Below, one piece after another: positions 53,601 through 64,000 of a DNA stretch of 64,000 nucleotides. Within the stretch, counting starts at the first letter, position 1. The number at the start of each line of letters is the position of its first letter. Origin of the DNA: Macrostomum lignano (lineage: Eukaryota); assembly GCA_002269645.1 (NCBI GenBank), contig NIVC01000210.1:25469-89468 (forward strand), given 5' to 3'. The position numbers and the translations under genes are program-made. Under the pieces are notes generated by a model. It was not told where the DNA came from. It did not search any database and saw only the letters and a program-made list of their open reading frames with translations.

Positions 53601-53841
53601 TGCCTCTGCTCGAATAGTCGTATGAACTTTCGTAATCGAATTTCAAGACCAGATCCTGGCGTGTGGACGCTCCTGGTTTTCGGGTCGGCAGGATGGCGGG
53701 GGTCCTGGTGACCTCCAGCTTATAGCTTGGCAGATCGAAAAGCACGTAGAACTTTGAACTTCTCAGATTCAATCCTGCCAAATCAGGGCAAGTCTGGTCG
53801 AGCCGGACGCTGAATATTTTCACCAAGCAGCTTGATTCCAT
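47622..53841 (-). CDS. Multi-RID gene: five tandem RPGRIP1L-derived C2 (RID-type) domains, ~914 aa
   Basis: Exons 53841-53433, 53329-53213, 53109-52648, 51799-51710, 50931-50506, 50136-50002, 49890-49423, 49333-49193, 49116-48718, 47788-47714, 47644-47622; all ten introns GT-AG and phase 1; total 2745 nt with no internal stop. Confidence 0.7.
47920..48240 (-). mobile_element. tRNA-derived SINE family 2, copy 1 (intronic)
   Basis: Minus-strand head GGGCCGTAGCCCAGCGG (A-box) ... GGCTCGATTCC (B-box-like); body shared with 59860-60100. Confidence 0.7.
51895..52530. repeat. Degenerate ~20-bp tandem repeat (ATCATGAAATCATCAACTCA-like)
   Basis: Directly visible; lies within predicted intron 52647-51800; explains the MNHQ-repeat ORF. 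Confidence 0.9.
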
Positions 53842-54708
53842 GGCTCCGCTGTAAAATCCGTATAAAATCGATGTAAAATTCAGATATTATTAGGTTGATA
53901 AGAAAGTTCTCGCCGTTTTTAGAAAATTCCAGAAACTTTTTTTCCAGAATGTTCTGAACTACTGATTGACTGAATTACTGAATAAATTTGTTTGAATTAC
54001 TTCGTTGAATAACTTTGTTGTTATACTCGTGAAATCTCAGTTTGTTGAAATGAAGAAAAAACAGCGAGAACTTTCTTATCAACCGAATATAATTATTATC
54101 AGTTGCTCTTTCTGCAAGCTTACCCAAATTGATGGTTCTTTACTATCAAGACTTGCAGTCAATATAATCGTACTTGCATATATGATTACGAACTTATACA
54201 CTGCTACAGAGGTATTCTGAAACTTTTTCTGCATTGTGGTTGGCTTTTTAGCGAGAGACAGTTTGCATTTTGAAAGACTCACAATTCGTTCCGATGGATG
54301 GACGTATGTACGAATGAGCGCTCAGAAAGACTTACTCATGCATGATATGTGAGAGAACCATTTAATTTCGACAAATCTTACACTATTCATCACTGGTCTA
54401 TTATACGAGTACATTAAACTGCCTGCCAACTCTCTGAAATTAGCTCTTATTGTGGAGTATGTGCGTACTTAGCATCCACATCTAGTCTGTCTGAGGTTTG
54501 CGTCCACTTTTTACAAAGCATTCTTTTATTAAAATGCGTCTAAACAGTCTCTAAGCGTAGCTTTCTGTATGCTAGAAAGACTACTGCACTCGTACATCCG
54601 TTTTAGTAAGTTACATGTATTTTTAATTTTTCTCAAAAATAGTGCATCAAACCTCTAAAGGACAGTTAATTGCTTGCTTGCTTTCTTTTATTTGAAAGTA
54701 AAATTCAC

Positions 54709-55464
54709 TGTAGCCTAGTGGGTTGTAGCCTAGTGGGTTGTAGCCTAGTGGGTTGTAGCCTAGTGGGTTGTAGCCTAGTGGGTTGTAGCCTAGTGGGTTG
54801 TAGCCTAGTGGGTTGTAGCCTAGTGGGTTGTAGCCTAGTGGGTTGTAGCCTAGTGGGTTGTAGCCTAGTGGGTTGTAGCCTAGTGGGTTGTAGCCTAGTG
54901 GGTTGTAGCCTAGTGGGTTGTAGCCTAGTGGGTTGTAGCCTAGTGGGTTGTAGCCTAGTGGGTTGTAGCCTAGTGGGTTGTAGCCTAGTGGGTTGTAGCC
55001 TAGTGGGTTGTAGCCTAGTGGGTTGTAGCCTAGTGGGTTTTAGCCTAGTGGGTTGTAGCCTAGTGGGTTGTAGCCTAGTGGGTTTTAGCCTAGTGGGTTG
55101 TAGCCTAGTGGGTTGTAGCCTAGTGGGTTGTAGCCTAGTGGGTTGTAGCCTAGTGGGTTGTAGCCTAGTGGGTTGTAGCCTAGTGGGTTGTAGCCTAGTG
55201 GGTTGTAGCCTAGTGGATTGTAGCCTAGTGGGTTGTAGCCTAGTGGGTTGTAGCCTAGTGGGTTGTAGCCTAGTGGGTTGTAGCCTAGTGGGTTGTAGCC
55301 TAGTGGGTTGTAGCCTAGTGGGTTGTAGCCTAGTGGGTTGTAGCCTAGTGGGTTGTAGCCTAGTGGGTTGTAGCCTAGTGGGTTGTAGCCTAGTGGGTTG
55401 TAGCCTAGTGGGTTGTAGCCTAGTGGGTTGTAGCCTAGTGGGTTGTAGCCTAGTGGGTTGTAGC
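54709..55464. repeat. 15-bp minisatellite (GGTTGTAGCCTAGTG)n, ~50 copies
   Basis: Directly visible; unit matches the 5' end/A-box of SINE family 1. Confidence 0.98.
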
Positions 55465-56647
55465 GAAATATTATAAATTTTGTCCTAAAAAAAGCTTTCC
55501 ATCCCCCTAATGATAAATCCTCGAACGAACTTTTAAACTGCGTCCTTTAGATGTCCATGAAAACTTTCTCAAATTTGAGTCCCACACCGCCTTTCTAACA
55601 AAATACGTAGAGTGTACTAGCGTAAATAATAAATAAAATTCCATTCGTGCCAATGCTGCAATTCCACTTGCATTGTTCAAAAACAGGTCTTTTGAAAGAG
55701 ATTTTCTTACCATGTTATACTCAGAATCTAAAAGTATTCTGATTTTTGCATGTACTGCATTTCATACTGTATGGTATTGAATGATGGGTCTTTGATCGAA
55801 CCAAAAAGTCTGAATTTAGAGCAAACCTTATCGTTTTTGAATTCGCTCGTATATTTTCTATCCGATATTTAGTGTCAGCTGATGCAGAATCTTTCATAAC
55901 TCTAAATAACTTAACCAAATAAGCATCATTCGAAGAGGATATAGTTAAAATTAGATTTAAAATTTTCTCAAATCGACCAACCGGCACATCTATCAGGCGC
56001 ATAACCCTTAGAAAAGCGTTTATTTCGCTTTTGAGTTACAAAGCAATTTTTAACTTAACTTTATCCCTGCTCGTCGCAATCGCGCTAAAGTAGTTACGCT
56101 CGTAGAAGTAAAAATATCAAATATTCAAGTCGGTAAAGAACGAGACGCAGCATCTGCGATAGAAGATAGACAGGTTTTTTTCAACATTTTTGTAGAAAAT
56201 CACAGCGAGAAAGCGAAAGATCAGACGTCGAAATAATAAATAAAATAGTTCCTAAGAGTACGAGCCTATTCCTTTACAGTGCGAGGTTTCTGAGAGTGCA
56301 TGTTTACTCTTACAGAAATACCGAAAAGAGACAGTTTCGTCCAAATTCTACCACAAAGTACCTTAACCGAAACGGGAACGATCTAGAAACTATTAGCAAG
56401 ACACTCCAGGTGCCGATATTACCAAGCTACCATAACTAGCCATAAATCTAAAAAACTAGAAAATACGTAACACCATTTAGCTTCAAAACATGACACGTGC
56501 CAGACGTTATTATAACGTACAACAAAATCGCAGTGTACTATGATGAGAATCGCATAAAGGTAATAAAATATCTGCAGGTTTTTTACAAAATCCATTATAC
56601 TAAAATCAAGTCTAAAATGTCTTTAACAGCCAGAAGACAGAGCAGGA

Positions 56648-59600
56648 TTAGTTAACGAATCTGACGGCAGACTTTTTCGCGTCCGGGAGTTCGTTGTAGA
56701 CCTCCAGTAGCAGGCTCGGCAGGTTCATGCTGATTTTGATGCTGCCCACTTGTTCATCGTTCAGCATTACTAAAATTGTTAGAAGACACATGGCATGATT
56801 AATGTGAGGTTTGGATTAGTCAAACTTTTTTATTTACCAAATATTGAAAAAAATATAATTACATATTACTACTAATGATAATAATTGATTAAACCTGCCC
56901 AAAGGGTATTACGTGGCGCATCTGAAGGCTGCGTACGGCTGTTCAGTCCAAGGACTGGGGGGTCGCCAGATAGCCTCAATTACCCCAGCTAATGCTGGCA
57001 CCCATTTTACAGCTGGGTGAACTGAAGCAATGCAGAGTTAAGTGTCTTGCTCAACGACACAAATTGTTCTGAGAGGGTCCAAAATCAAACAACCGACCTT
57101 TCAGTCGCTTGTCCAACGCTCTGTAACCACTAAGGCTACAACAAGTATTTGTGAAAGTGTATTTCAAATAATCCTACTCGAGTTTTCACCCGAGTCAACT
57201 GGAACTCACGAGGAAAGATCTCTTCTCGAATGTCCTCGCCTTGAGCGATTCGATCGTCCAAATTGACCATCGTTTTGCCCAGATCCACGAAAAATTCGCT
57301 CTCTGGATCAGACGGCTCGCACACCACAGTAAACGGGATCTCAATACTCTTCTGTCCCAATAGCAGCATCGCCAGTACTTTGCGCTTCTCGTAGCTGCCG
57401 GCGAAACTGTAGTCGTAGACTCTCTGAAAGTTGTAACTGAGGCAGAACTCATTGGGTCGGGACTGGCCGGGCCTGGGCGTCCAGAGAGACACTGGCGTCT
57501 CCGTCTCCTCCTGCGAGAAGCCAGGCAAGAGGAAGAACACGTAGCACTTGGTGTCATCGAGGTCGGGATTTCTTAAAGCCTGGCAGGTCTCGCTAAATTG
57601 CACGTTGAATATCTGGACTGTGCAGGCTTCCATTGAAGCACGACCAGTAGCTGTCAGCATCAGCTGCTGGCGGAGCTCGTCCCCGTGGCTACTCTCCGTC
57701 ACCACGCCATCGGATTCCTCCGCCTCCGGTGCCGGACGCTCTGTGTCCTCGTAGTCGTCCTCATACTCAACCTCCTCCACTTCGTCTTCCGGTTCCGCCT
57801 CGGCAACGTCGTAATCGTCGTCTCGCAGACTGACGGACTGCAGATGCGAAGCGACGCCGCTTCTACCAACGCTTGGACCTGAAGAATTCGTGGAGTTTAG
57901 AATTCGCTTGGAGCTTGGAACTATTGGTTTAGTCTTTATCTTCTGCAACCTGCTTATTCGTTTTTTAGACAAGCCCTGGGTCAGGGTCATTGACAATGCC
58001 GAACTCACCTAACGATGTATTTCTCACGTCCTGCGTATCCGTGATGCTAGTTACGCTGTCGGTGACGGATGCTAAAGTGATGAAACCAGTTAGGAAAATT
58101 TTAGCAGCCTTGTTTTAGCCAGAAATAGTACTAACAGTAGGTTGATTAAACATGCATAGGCCTACCATCCATGAGGGTGCTGACCCGAGTCTGGCTCGCC
58201 TGCGTATCGCCAGCGCCACCGCTGCCGCCGATGCCAAGCCGACGCTCTGCCGCGGCAGCGGCTAAAGCAGCGGCCGACGGCGCGTGCCGTTTCGGCGGTT
58301 GCGGCGTCTGAGACACCTGCGGCTGAATTTGGAGTTGGGATTCAAAAATACAGCTAGCTAAAAAATAAACTTCAGTAAATTTTTTATTATCTTATCAACA
58401 CTACCAACCTGATTGTCCCCAGTCAGAGATCCCGACCGACTGCCAGTTCGTGCACTCGGTCGTGGCGACGACGATCCCGACGCTGAATTCGGTGCTACAG
58501 CCGACGCTGTTGGCGATGGACCATGGCTGCTTCCGCTGGCACTTCCTGTGCCTCGGCGCGGGGTTCTCGGCTGCTGAACTGGCTGTGGCTGCGGCTGCTG
58601 GGGCTGAGGTCGCTGCTGCGTGCTTCTCGCTGATCCGGTGTCGGATCCCAAGGCCACCGCCGCGCTGCGATCAAGAGTAGAGTCATACCCAGGTTCCCGA
58701 CGGTGCTTCAACTGCGGCTTGTCTCTCAGCAGTTCAGCTTCGCCAGTCATCAGTGGCAGAGGCTCGGCAGGTCCGTCCCAATGACCAGCTGGATTGTACG
58801 CAAACTGCCAGCTGAGCTCAAGCTCCAGAGTGCCGTTCGGCTGCTGATCAGCTCCGAGTAGTTGGTAGATGCCCTGCACAGCCCGGTTCTGGCTTAAGGA
58901 CACTAGATCGATCTACATGGGGATACGAGTAGATAGGGGATTAGTAATGGGGTAAATCGGTAAGAATAAGAATCTTTTGGGTCTTGAATATGCGAGAAAT
59001 ATGAAAAGTTCAGCCATGGCTGTTAAAACGTGTCTAAATCCTTATTGAAAACAATGAATGACATCCAAGTCACCTTAGCAACGCCTAGGTAGGCGCTTTC
59101 AAGAGGATCGTCTTCGTCCAGCACCCAGACGACGAGCTTCTGCGTCTTCAAATAGCGATCCAACTCTGGGGTCGGCGTCAGAGTCAGCTGCTGGTAGAAT
59201 TGGAACTCTGGATCGCTCGAGTTTGGGATGGCGGGCGAAACAGTGTCCTCACAGTCGAAGAACTTGTAGGAGCAGTACGGCGTCGGCTGGAAGTCCGGTC
59301 GGCGAGCTTTCAAGCCTCGACAGCGGACGATCTTCACGCCCAGAGTGTTGGCACCGCCGGCTGCGCGACGATTCTGCGCCAGGTCGTCGAGAGCTTTCAG
59401 GCCCTCCGCGGCCGCTTGGTGATTGGCGGACATGTAGCCCAGAGCCTTGGCGCGCTCCCGGTAGAGCCGCATCGCCTGCTCCATGGGCACCCGCATCCGC
59501 ATCCAGTAGTCCAGGCAGCCCACCACCGTGCCTCCGTCCACCGACACCAGCTGAGCTCGGCCGGACACCGGGGCGGTCGGTTTCGAGTCGAGCAGCTCGC

Positions 59601-62600
59601 GGAAGTAAAGTCGACAAGCGGCCACTTGATGATAAGTGACGCCTACTGAGTGGTAGAGCTCCAGCCGTGCCTGTTGTGGGGCAGATTACGCTTCCAGTAG
59701 AATACGAGCAGAGAGAGTCTAAATGTATTTCCGATGAGTTTTTACTAAACAAGTTTCCGAAAATTAAAGGGGCTCATCAAGCGGTGGTTCGGCGGTGAAG
59801 GTAATTCTGTCCACTTCGCTGACTTCTGAGCACATCAAAGCTACAAGCGCGCCAATACTGTACGCAGGCACGCACTCATACACGTACGCTCACACAGGAT
59901 GTACAGCGGCCTTGACTTTCTAAGGCATGTACACTCTCTGTGCTTTGGGGGGGTTGGTTCTCATTGGTGTGAATTGCACGACAACCCACGGGAAAATTTT
60001 CGAGCACACAAGCCCCAAATGGATGTCGCCACGCACGGAAGCAAACCAGGGGTTGAGTCGCAGGAGTCAGCAGCGTTTCCCTCTGAGCTACTATGCTTCT
60101 TAATCCGCTTAGTATCACAAAGAGCTGATCAAATGACCAACAACACGTGTACATTACCTTTTCCTTGTTTATGTAGTGCAGGAACGAATCGTCAACCTTC
60201 ACCACGTACTGCACGGTCTTGTTGAACTCGGCCACTCCGCCAGCTGCGCGCAGCACATCGGTGGTCTGCAACTCGCACACATAGAACGGCCAGGTGCAAA
60301 ACAGGGACGGATTCGAGTCGCCACCGAGCAGCTGGATTCCTTCATCTGTCAGGGTTAGACGGCCAACGTGCAGCTCGACGAGATTTTCGCCGTTTTGCAG
60401 GTGCACAGTTTCGTCGATTTCGTCCACTCCGTCGGCCTCTTCGCTTTGAAGCTGGTTTTGCTGGTCGAGCAGAGCGAATTGCTTGGTGCCTGCAATGATA
60501 GCCCGGGGTGTCAAATAAGCTGTGCTGAACTACAGAAACGTCTTTTTTGCGATTGAGCATTAAACGTCTGTTGTGCCAGGCTTCTAAGCAATCCGAAGAA
60601 AAGGTAGGGTACACTCAGTACTGAAAGTTCTTGTAAGGGACTAGACAGCACTCTCGATAGCTTGAGTACGGCTTTATAAATCTCGTTTAGATCCAGCACT
60701 GAGAGTGAGCATAATTAATTGTTTTATCGTCTTGATCGCGACATGAATCATTTGTCCAGATCCCTTAAACCGTTGAAGGCTAAGAACTCTTCTTAAAAAA
60801 ACTGCTTTCTCATCGCAACACCGGTAGAGACACTCACCATAGGCAACGTCTCTGAGCTGTCGCTCCAGTTTTCGAATTCTTGCAGCTCGAATGTCGAGTA
60901 GCTTGGCCGATTCGGCCATCTTGGCGTCGTGATCCGCTTTCATCGCTTCTAGGCGACGCTCCGTCAACGACAGGCTGGCCTTCAGGTCCTGATTGATGCG
61001 ATACTGAGCCTCCAGTAGCTGCCGTGTCTTGTCAAGCTCTTGGATCGTGTCCGAGTGGGCGGCTTCGATCTCGCGTAGGCGTCGCTGGTTGTCCTTTGAA
61101 ACCTCAGCGTCCACTTGATGTAGGAAGTCTAGCTCAGATGGTTGCTGCTGCTGGCGCCGCTGCTTCACCAGCACGATGGCCTCTTCAACTTCGTCCAAGT
61201 CCACAGCACCCTCCTGCAGTTTTCGTCGTCGGAGAAATGTTCGAACCCGTTTGAATTTATAGAAGGACCCACTTTCGATTTAAAATGGAATGTCAAGATA
61301 GGACTTGCTAGCGCAGTCTCTTATCACTGTATTAACTATTTATAATCAAATCCAGTTGTGCGTTTAGCCCCAGTTGGTCTCAAAAGTGTTTTTCTTTGAT
61401 TAAAAAAGTCTATTGAGAATTACGAGTGTCAAATCAAAAAAAAATTCTACAAGCTACAGTGTGTTTTTTCTAAACTGTTTGCTCTCATCAGAAAAGCTAA
61501 TCACCGGGATGAGCAGGACTTCCTCACCGCCGGAGATAAGAATAATGTTACCAGTAGGGCTGCGGCTACTCTAACGCAAAGCCTCCGTTGACATTGTAAC
61601 ACAAACACGGAATGAATTTGGTCGCGTACGGAAACGAACCAGGGATGGTGACGTGGTCAGAAGCGTCTTACCATTGAGCTTCTCTTTTCTCTCACCGCTG
61701 ATTGTGGGACAACGTCGCCAAATGCGTAGCATCAAGTGGCCTACAACCTTATTGCAAATATGCTTTTACGAGCGTAGGTATGTGTCCTAAATATAAAATT
61801 GCAAACTTGCAAAACAAATGCATACTTGTATCAGCTTTACAAGCATCGTGGAATTCAATAGAATGATAAATAAGTTCTGAAATATCTAACGAAAATCCCA
61901 ATATGCCTTAAATATCCAGCACTAACCTTGTTAATAAACTTCATTTTTTCTCGCAGGCTCTCATGCTTCTGCTGCAACTCGTAAAATTTGATTCTCAGAT
62001 TGCTCAGCTCTTTTTCAACTTCTTCGCCTTTGTTCCGTTCGTCCTCCAATCGGTCGAGGAACTCGCCTTTCTCGCCGACGTCTCGGTGCATTGTGGCCTC
62101 CAGCTGCTGAATCTGCGTCATCAGGGCCAGCTCGCGAGCTTTCCACTGACGCTCGCGCTCGGTGTCGAAAGCGCTGCAAAGTTCAGTAGAAGTTGCAAGC
62201 TGCAAGGGCATCTGATTTGTGAATGATTTGAAAAGCTATCCACCCCCTAGTTGTGCAATGGACGACAAAAGGACTCAAAGACAAGGCTCCTGAGCAAGTC
62301 CGTCTCTTTGTCTTTAACTTTATCAAGCTTTATAATTTTGATATGTTTGTTATGCTTGAATCACAAACAAACATAACAAAAATAACATTGGGTCTGCATT
62401 CTATCATATACAGATTCATATCTTTCTTCTCAAGTAGTCCTTGAAATCAACATCGTTCAAATCGGATAGTTGCTCAATTTGGAATCGAAAGTGTTATTTT
62501 GTCTGTAAAAAACTGGAGAAAGTTCACATCTTTCAAATGCAATTCGTATTTATCAAGCAAAATTTCCCATATTTTAAAGATTTTGCGATTGTGCGGTAGC

Positions 62601-63700
62601 TGTTTGAAATGCGACTAAAATATAGGCAGCTCTGACCTGTTTGTCAGCTTCTCGTTGGCTTCTCGCAGAATATTCGCCTCCTTGTTGGCGTCCTCAAGCG
62701 CGTGCTCCAGCTCCATCAGTCGCCGTCTGGTTGCCTGCGCCGATCCGGCGCTCTCCTTCATGCTCTCGCCTCGCGCTCTCGAGCTCTCAGCTCACGCTTC
62801 ATCCGCTCCAACTCCTCTAGGAAGCCGCGAGTTCGTCTCCACTGTCTCGCGCATCCGCTCCTCGTGCTGCTCGCAGCGCGCCTGCAGCTGCTCAATGATG
62901 GCGGACTTTTCGCGTAGCTCACGTTGTAGGCGAACCTTGTCGAGATCTTCCTGCATGGCTGAGCGCTTGTCTGTGCCGGCCTGCATGCGAGCCAAGTCCA
63001 ACTCCGACTGAAGGTCCTGCGTCAGTTTTTTGACAGTTGAACGAATCGGTAATTGTCCTAATAAAATTTGAATAGCCTATAGATACAAGTCAAAAGTAAT
63101 TGCGTAATTGGTTTTTCTTTCCGTGTTAAATAAAATGGCTCGCTATCCTACGTGAAGTACTCAAATGATGCTGTCACTACAAAATGACTTCAATTCAAAT
63201 TTTAACAAATCAGTATTGAAAGAGCTAGTATAATAAAAATTATTAGTACTTTCTTGTCTTAATTTTCTGTCTCACCTGTATCCGCCTCTGGTGCTCCATC
63301 TCCTGAGCGTACAACTTGTCCTTGAGTGCATCCAACTCAGATTCCAGGCGCTCGTTAGCCATCTGCAGCTGGGTTCGCTCGTTGCGCATATCTTCTGAGC
63401 GTCCCAGGCTGCGCTGACGCTGATCCCGCTGCATCTGCATCGACTGTTGCTGCTGCTGCGGTGGCTGGTAAAGGACTCGCGTGTTGGGACCTCCGCGGGG
63501 CCGCGCTCGACCGCTGGCAGTCCGAGTCTCTCTGACCAGCGTTGCCGCCACCCGGCTTCGCCTGCTGCAGGAGCGACAGCCGCTGCCGCAGGTTCTCAGT
63601 CTGCTTCTCCAGCTCGGCATTGCGCAGCTCAAGTTTCACCACCTGATCGGTGGCGCGCAGCTCCGCGGCGCTGGCGCCGTTTTGCACTTTTAGGGCGCGA
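56648..63700 (-). CDS. RPGRIP1L: RPGRIP1L / Fantom (MKS5) ortholog, 5'-incomplete
   Basis: Exons ~63690-63276, 63016-62637, 62173-61927, 61213-60838, 60489-60158, 59670-59074, 58912-58409, 58316-58166, 58071-58009, 57878-57210, 56769-56648. Recognisable motifs: LLDIRAARIRKLERQLRDVAYG; C2N (GENLVELHV, FCTWPFY, QYVVKVDDSFLHY); DYWMRMRVPMEQAMRLYRERAKALGY; C2C (PYCSYKFFD); RID (EETETPVSL). Apparent indels in the two 5'-most exons. Confidence 0.93.
56872..57143 (-). mobile_element. SINE family 1, copy 4 (last intron of RPGRIP1L)
   Basis: Minus strand TTGAGCAAGACACTTAACTCTGCATTGCTTCAGTTCACCCAGCTGTAAAATGGG; head GTTGTAGCCTTAGTGG. Confidence 0.8.
59860..60100 (-). mobile_element. SINE family 2, copy 2 (diverged, RPGRIP1L intron)
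   Basis: CACACAGGATGTACAGCGGCC...AGGCATGTACAC...GGGGGGTTGG...AATTGCACGA is colinear with 48020-48125. Confidence 0.65.
61600..61690 (-). mobile_element. Degenerate tRNA-like SINE head
   Basis: Minus strand AGCTCAATGG (A-box-like) ... GGTTCGTTTCC (B-box-like); single copy in the window. Confidence 0.35.
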
Positions 63701-64000
63701 ATCTGGGCGATTGTTTTGGTTTTGGTTCGAGGGCGTTACGCAGAATTTTGTGCTTTTTATGCGACTCTGGGCGTATGACTCTCGCACTGATCTTTATGAA
63801 TACGAAAAAATTAAATAGATTACGATTTTTAGCAAGACCTCATCAATAAAATGCATGCGCTTCCCATTGAATAAATTCATTGAAACCATCGCATGAGGAT
63901 AAACTGCACTACAGTTTTTTTTCGCACCGCTATTTAAAATCAGAATTTCATTCTGATTTTTTTAAAGCTAGCTGTTTAAAAAGGCTGAGAAAATGTACAA

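Noticed and set aside
54670-55476. 268-aa (GCSLV)n ORF
   Set aside because: By-product of the 15-bp minisatellite; TTG start and no unique coding sequence.
63529-63550. 22-nt GT-AG micro-intron that would repair the RPGRIP1L frameshift
   Set aside because: Much shorter than any other intron in the window (minimum ~69 bp), weak donor, no polypyrimidine tract; an indel is more plausible.

Overview
Eukaryotic, intron-containing animal DNA rich in simple repeats. GC-rich exons, short ~70-110 bp introns, large microsatellites and divergent proteins suggest a free-living flatworm such as Macrostomum; this is inference, not proven. No prokaryotic features or CRISPR arrays. Main content: (1) three intronless paralogous secreted-protein genes (3.5-11.2 kb); (2) a birth-and-death cluster of seven RING/B-box-like/coiled-coil (TRIM-like) genes, two of them pseudogenes (13-46.5 kb); (3) most of an RPGRIP1L (Fantom/MKS5) ciliary transition-zone gene on the minus strand (56.6-63.7 kb); (4) directly downstream, a gene whose 11 frame-compatible exons encode five tandem copies of the RPGRIP1L C-terminal RID-type C2 domain (~914 aa); (5) where the two arrays meet, a chimeric gene encoding RING-B-box-coiled coil fused to a RID-type C2 domain, with the RID intron kept in its ancestral position and phase. 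Items 4 and 5 are the strongest candidates for an undescribed system. Also present: a deleted Gypsy remnant, two tRNA-derived SINE families (one with a MIR/CORE-like centre), LINE 3' fragments, a large diverged inverted repeat and several satellites, one of which appears to be an amplified SINE/tRNA A-box. Exon coordinates were read by hand and need transcript confirmation.
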